DNA from: Mobula hypostoma | Taxonomy: Eukaryota | Assembly (NCBI RefSeq): GCF_963921235.1 | Contig: NC_086097.1 | Coordinates: 99,326,001-99,390,000 of the forward strand | DNA length: 64,000 nt | Direction of reading: 5' to 3' | Part shown: piece by piece, positions 62,430 to 64,000 of the stretch | Layout: the number at the start of each line of letters is the position of its first letter | How positions within the stretch are numbered: the first letter of the stretch is position 1 | The notes under the pieces: generated by a model | The model's database searches: none | The model's input: only the letters and a program-made list of their open reading frames with translations | Told to the model about the DNA's origin: nothing | Program-made: the position numbers and the translations under genes

Positions 62430-64000
62430 TTGAGAGCAGGCATCGGAGGAGTAGAGGGAGACAGAATAGGAAGACTTTGGCTCAACGGGGCTTCAGCGTT
62501 AACAGGTCGAAGTGAGGTAGGTTGCCTGTGTAGAATACAGACAGGAAGTATGTGTGTGAGGCCAATGTTCTGTGCTGGGTGTCAGATGTGGGAAATCTGG
62601 GAGACTCCCAGCCTCCCGGACGACCACATCTGTGCCAGGTGCTTCCAGCTGCAGCTCCTTGGGGACCACATTAGGGAACTGGAGATGCAGCTCGATGACC
62701 TTCGTCTGGTCAGGGAGAGTGAGGGGGTGATAGAGAGGAGCTATAGGCAGGTAGTCACTCCGGTGCCTCAGGAGACAGATAAGTGGGTAACAGTCATGAG
62801 AGGGAAGGGCAGGAGTCAGAGGCTAGAGAGTACCTCAGTGGCTGTACCCCCTTAACAATAAGTGCTCCTGCTTGAGTACTGTTGGGGGAGATGGTCTACC
62901 TGGGGGAAGCAACAGTGGTCGTGCCTCTGGCACAGAGTCTGGCCCCGTGGCTCAGAAGGGTAGGGAAAGGAAAAGGATGGCAGCATTGATAGAGGACTCT
63001 ATAGTTAGACAGTCAGACAGGAAAGTCTGTGGATGCAGAAAAGAAACACAGATGGTAGTTTGCCTCCCAGGTGTCAGGGTCCGGGATGTTTCTGATTGCG
63101 TCCACGATATCATGAAGTGGGAAGGAGAACAGCCAGAGGTCGTGGTACATATTGGTACCAACAACATAGGCAGGAAAAGGGAGGAGGTCCTGAAAGCAGA
63201 CTATAGGGAGTTAGGAAGGAAGATGAGAAGCAGGTCCTCAAAGGTAGTAAACTTGGGATTACTGCCTGTGTCACGTGACAGTGAGTATAGGAATAGAGTG
63301 AGGTGGAGGATAAATGTGTGGCTGAGAGATTGAAGCAGGGGGCAAGGATTCAGATTTCTGGATCATTAGGACCTCTTTTGGAACAGGAGTGACCTGTACA
63401 AAAAGGACTTGTTGCACTTGAATCCCGGGGGACCAATATCCTGGCAGGGAGGTTTGCAAAGGCTACTGGGGAGAGTTTAATCTAGAATTGCTGGGGGGTG
63501 GGAACCAAAGCGAAGAGACTGGGGAAGAGGTGGTTGGCTCACAAATAGAGAAAGCTTGGAGACAGTGCGAGAGGGAGGATAGGCAGGTGATAGAGAAGGG
63601 ACGCACTCAGACCATTGGTTTGAAATGTGTCTATTTTAATGCAAGGAGTATTATGAACAAAGCGGATGAGCTTAGAGCGTGGATCAGTACTTGGAGCTAT
63701 GATGTTGTGGCCATTACAGAGACTTGGATGGCTCAGGGGCAGGAATGGTTACTTCGAGTGCCAGGATTTAAATGTTTCAGAAAGGACAGGGAGGGAGGCA
63801 AAAGAGTTGGGGGCGTGGCACTGTTGATCAGAGATAGTATCCTGGCCGCAGAAAAGGAGGAAGACATGGAGGGATTGTCTACAGAGTCTCTGTGGGTGGA
63901 AATCAGAAACAGGAAGGGTCAATAACTCCACTGGGTGTTTTTTTATAAACCACCTAATAGTAACAGGCACATAGAGGAGCAGACAGGGAGACAGATTCTG
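62430..64000 (+). mobile_element. CR1 5' portion: ORF1 (zinc finger / leucine zipper, SGNH-esterase-like) and start of ORF2 endonuclease, disrupted
   Basis: C..CQMW...HIC.RC, DSIVR, CLPG, HIGTN and NARSIMNKADEL...AITETW. Runs off the window. Confidence 0.9.

Noticed and set aside
1..64000. CRISPR arrays, operons, prokaryotic defence or retron systems, rRNA or genuine tRNA genes
   Set aside because: The sequence is intron-containing vertebrate DNA. All RT ORFs belong to eukaryotic retroelements, and no repeat-spacer array or full cloverleaf was seen.

Overview
This is vertebrate genomic DNA, not prokaryotic. The repeat repertoire (V-SINE/HE1-like SINEs, CR1, Rex1/Babar, RTE, Neptune-type Penelope) suggests a cartilaginous fish, but that is inference. 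Host genes: the first two coding exons of an EHD-family (EHD3-like) ATPase on the minus strand (27137-27363 and 209-385, intron 26.75 kb) with a CpG-rich promoter, and one probable terminal coding exon of an unidentified minus-strand gene (44807-45058). Most of the rest is retroelement-derived: two LTR retrotransposons with integrase-before-RT (Gmr1-like) order and deleted pol, two solo LTRs, many CR1, Rex1/Babar and RTE copies, an L1 with a 5' inversion, and many Penelope copies. The strongest unexplained signal is a complete HDV-like ribozyme fold whose predicted cleavage site is exactly the first base (29551) of a TSD-bounded, internally deleted RTE element. Others are minimal hammerhead ribozymes in Penelope ends that mark recurrent truncation or fold-back points (including a perfect 75-bp hairpin), and a solo LTR inserted into the terminus of a related LTR. 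All calls were made by eye; no searches or folding programs were run, and boundaries of degraded repeats are approximate.
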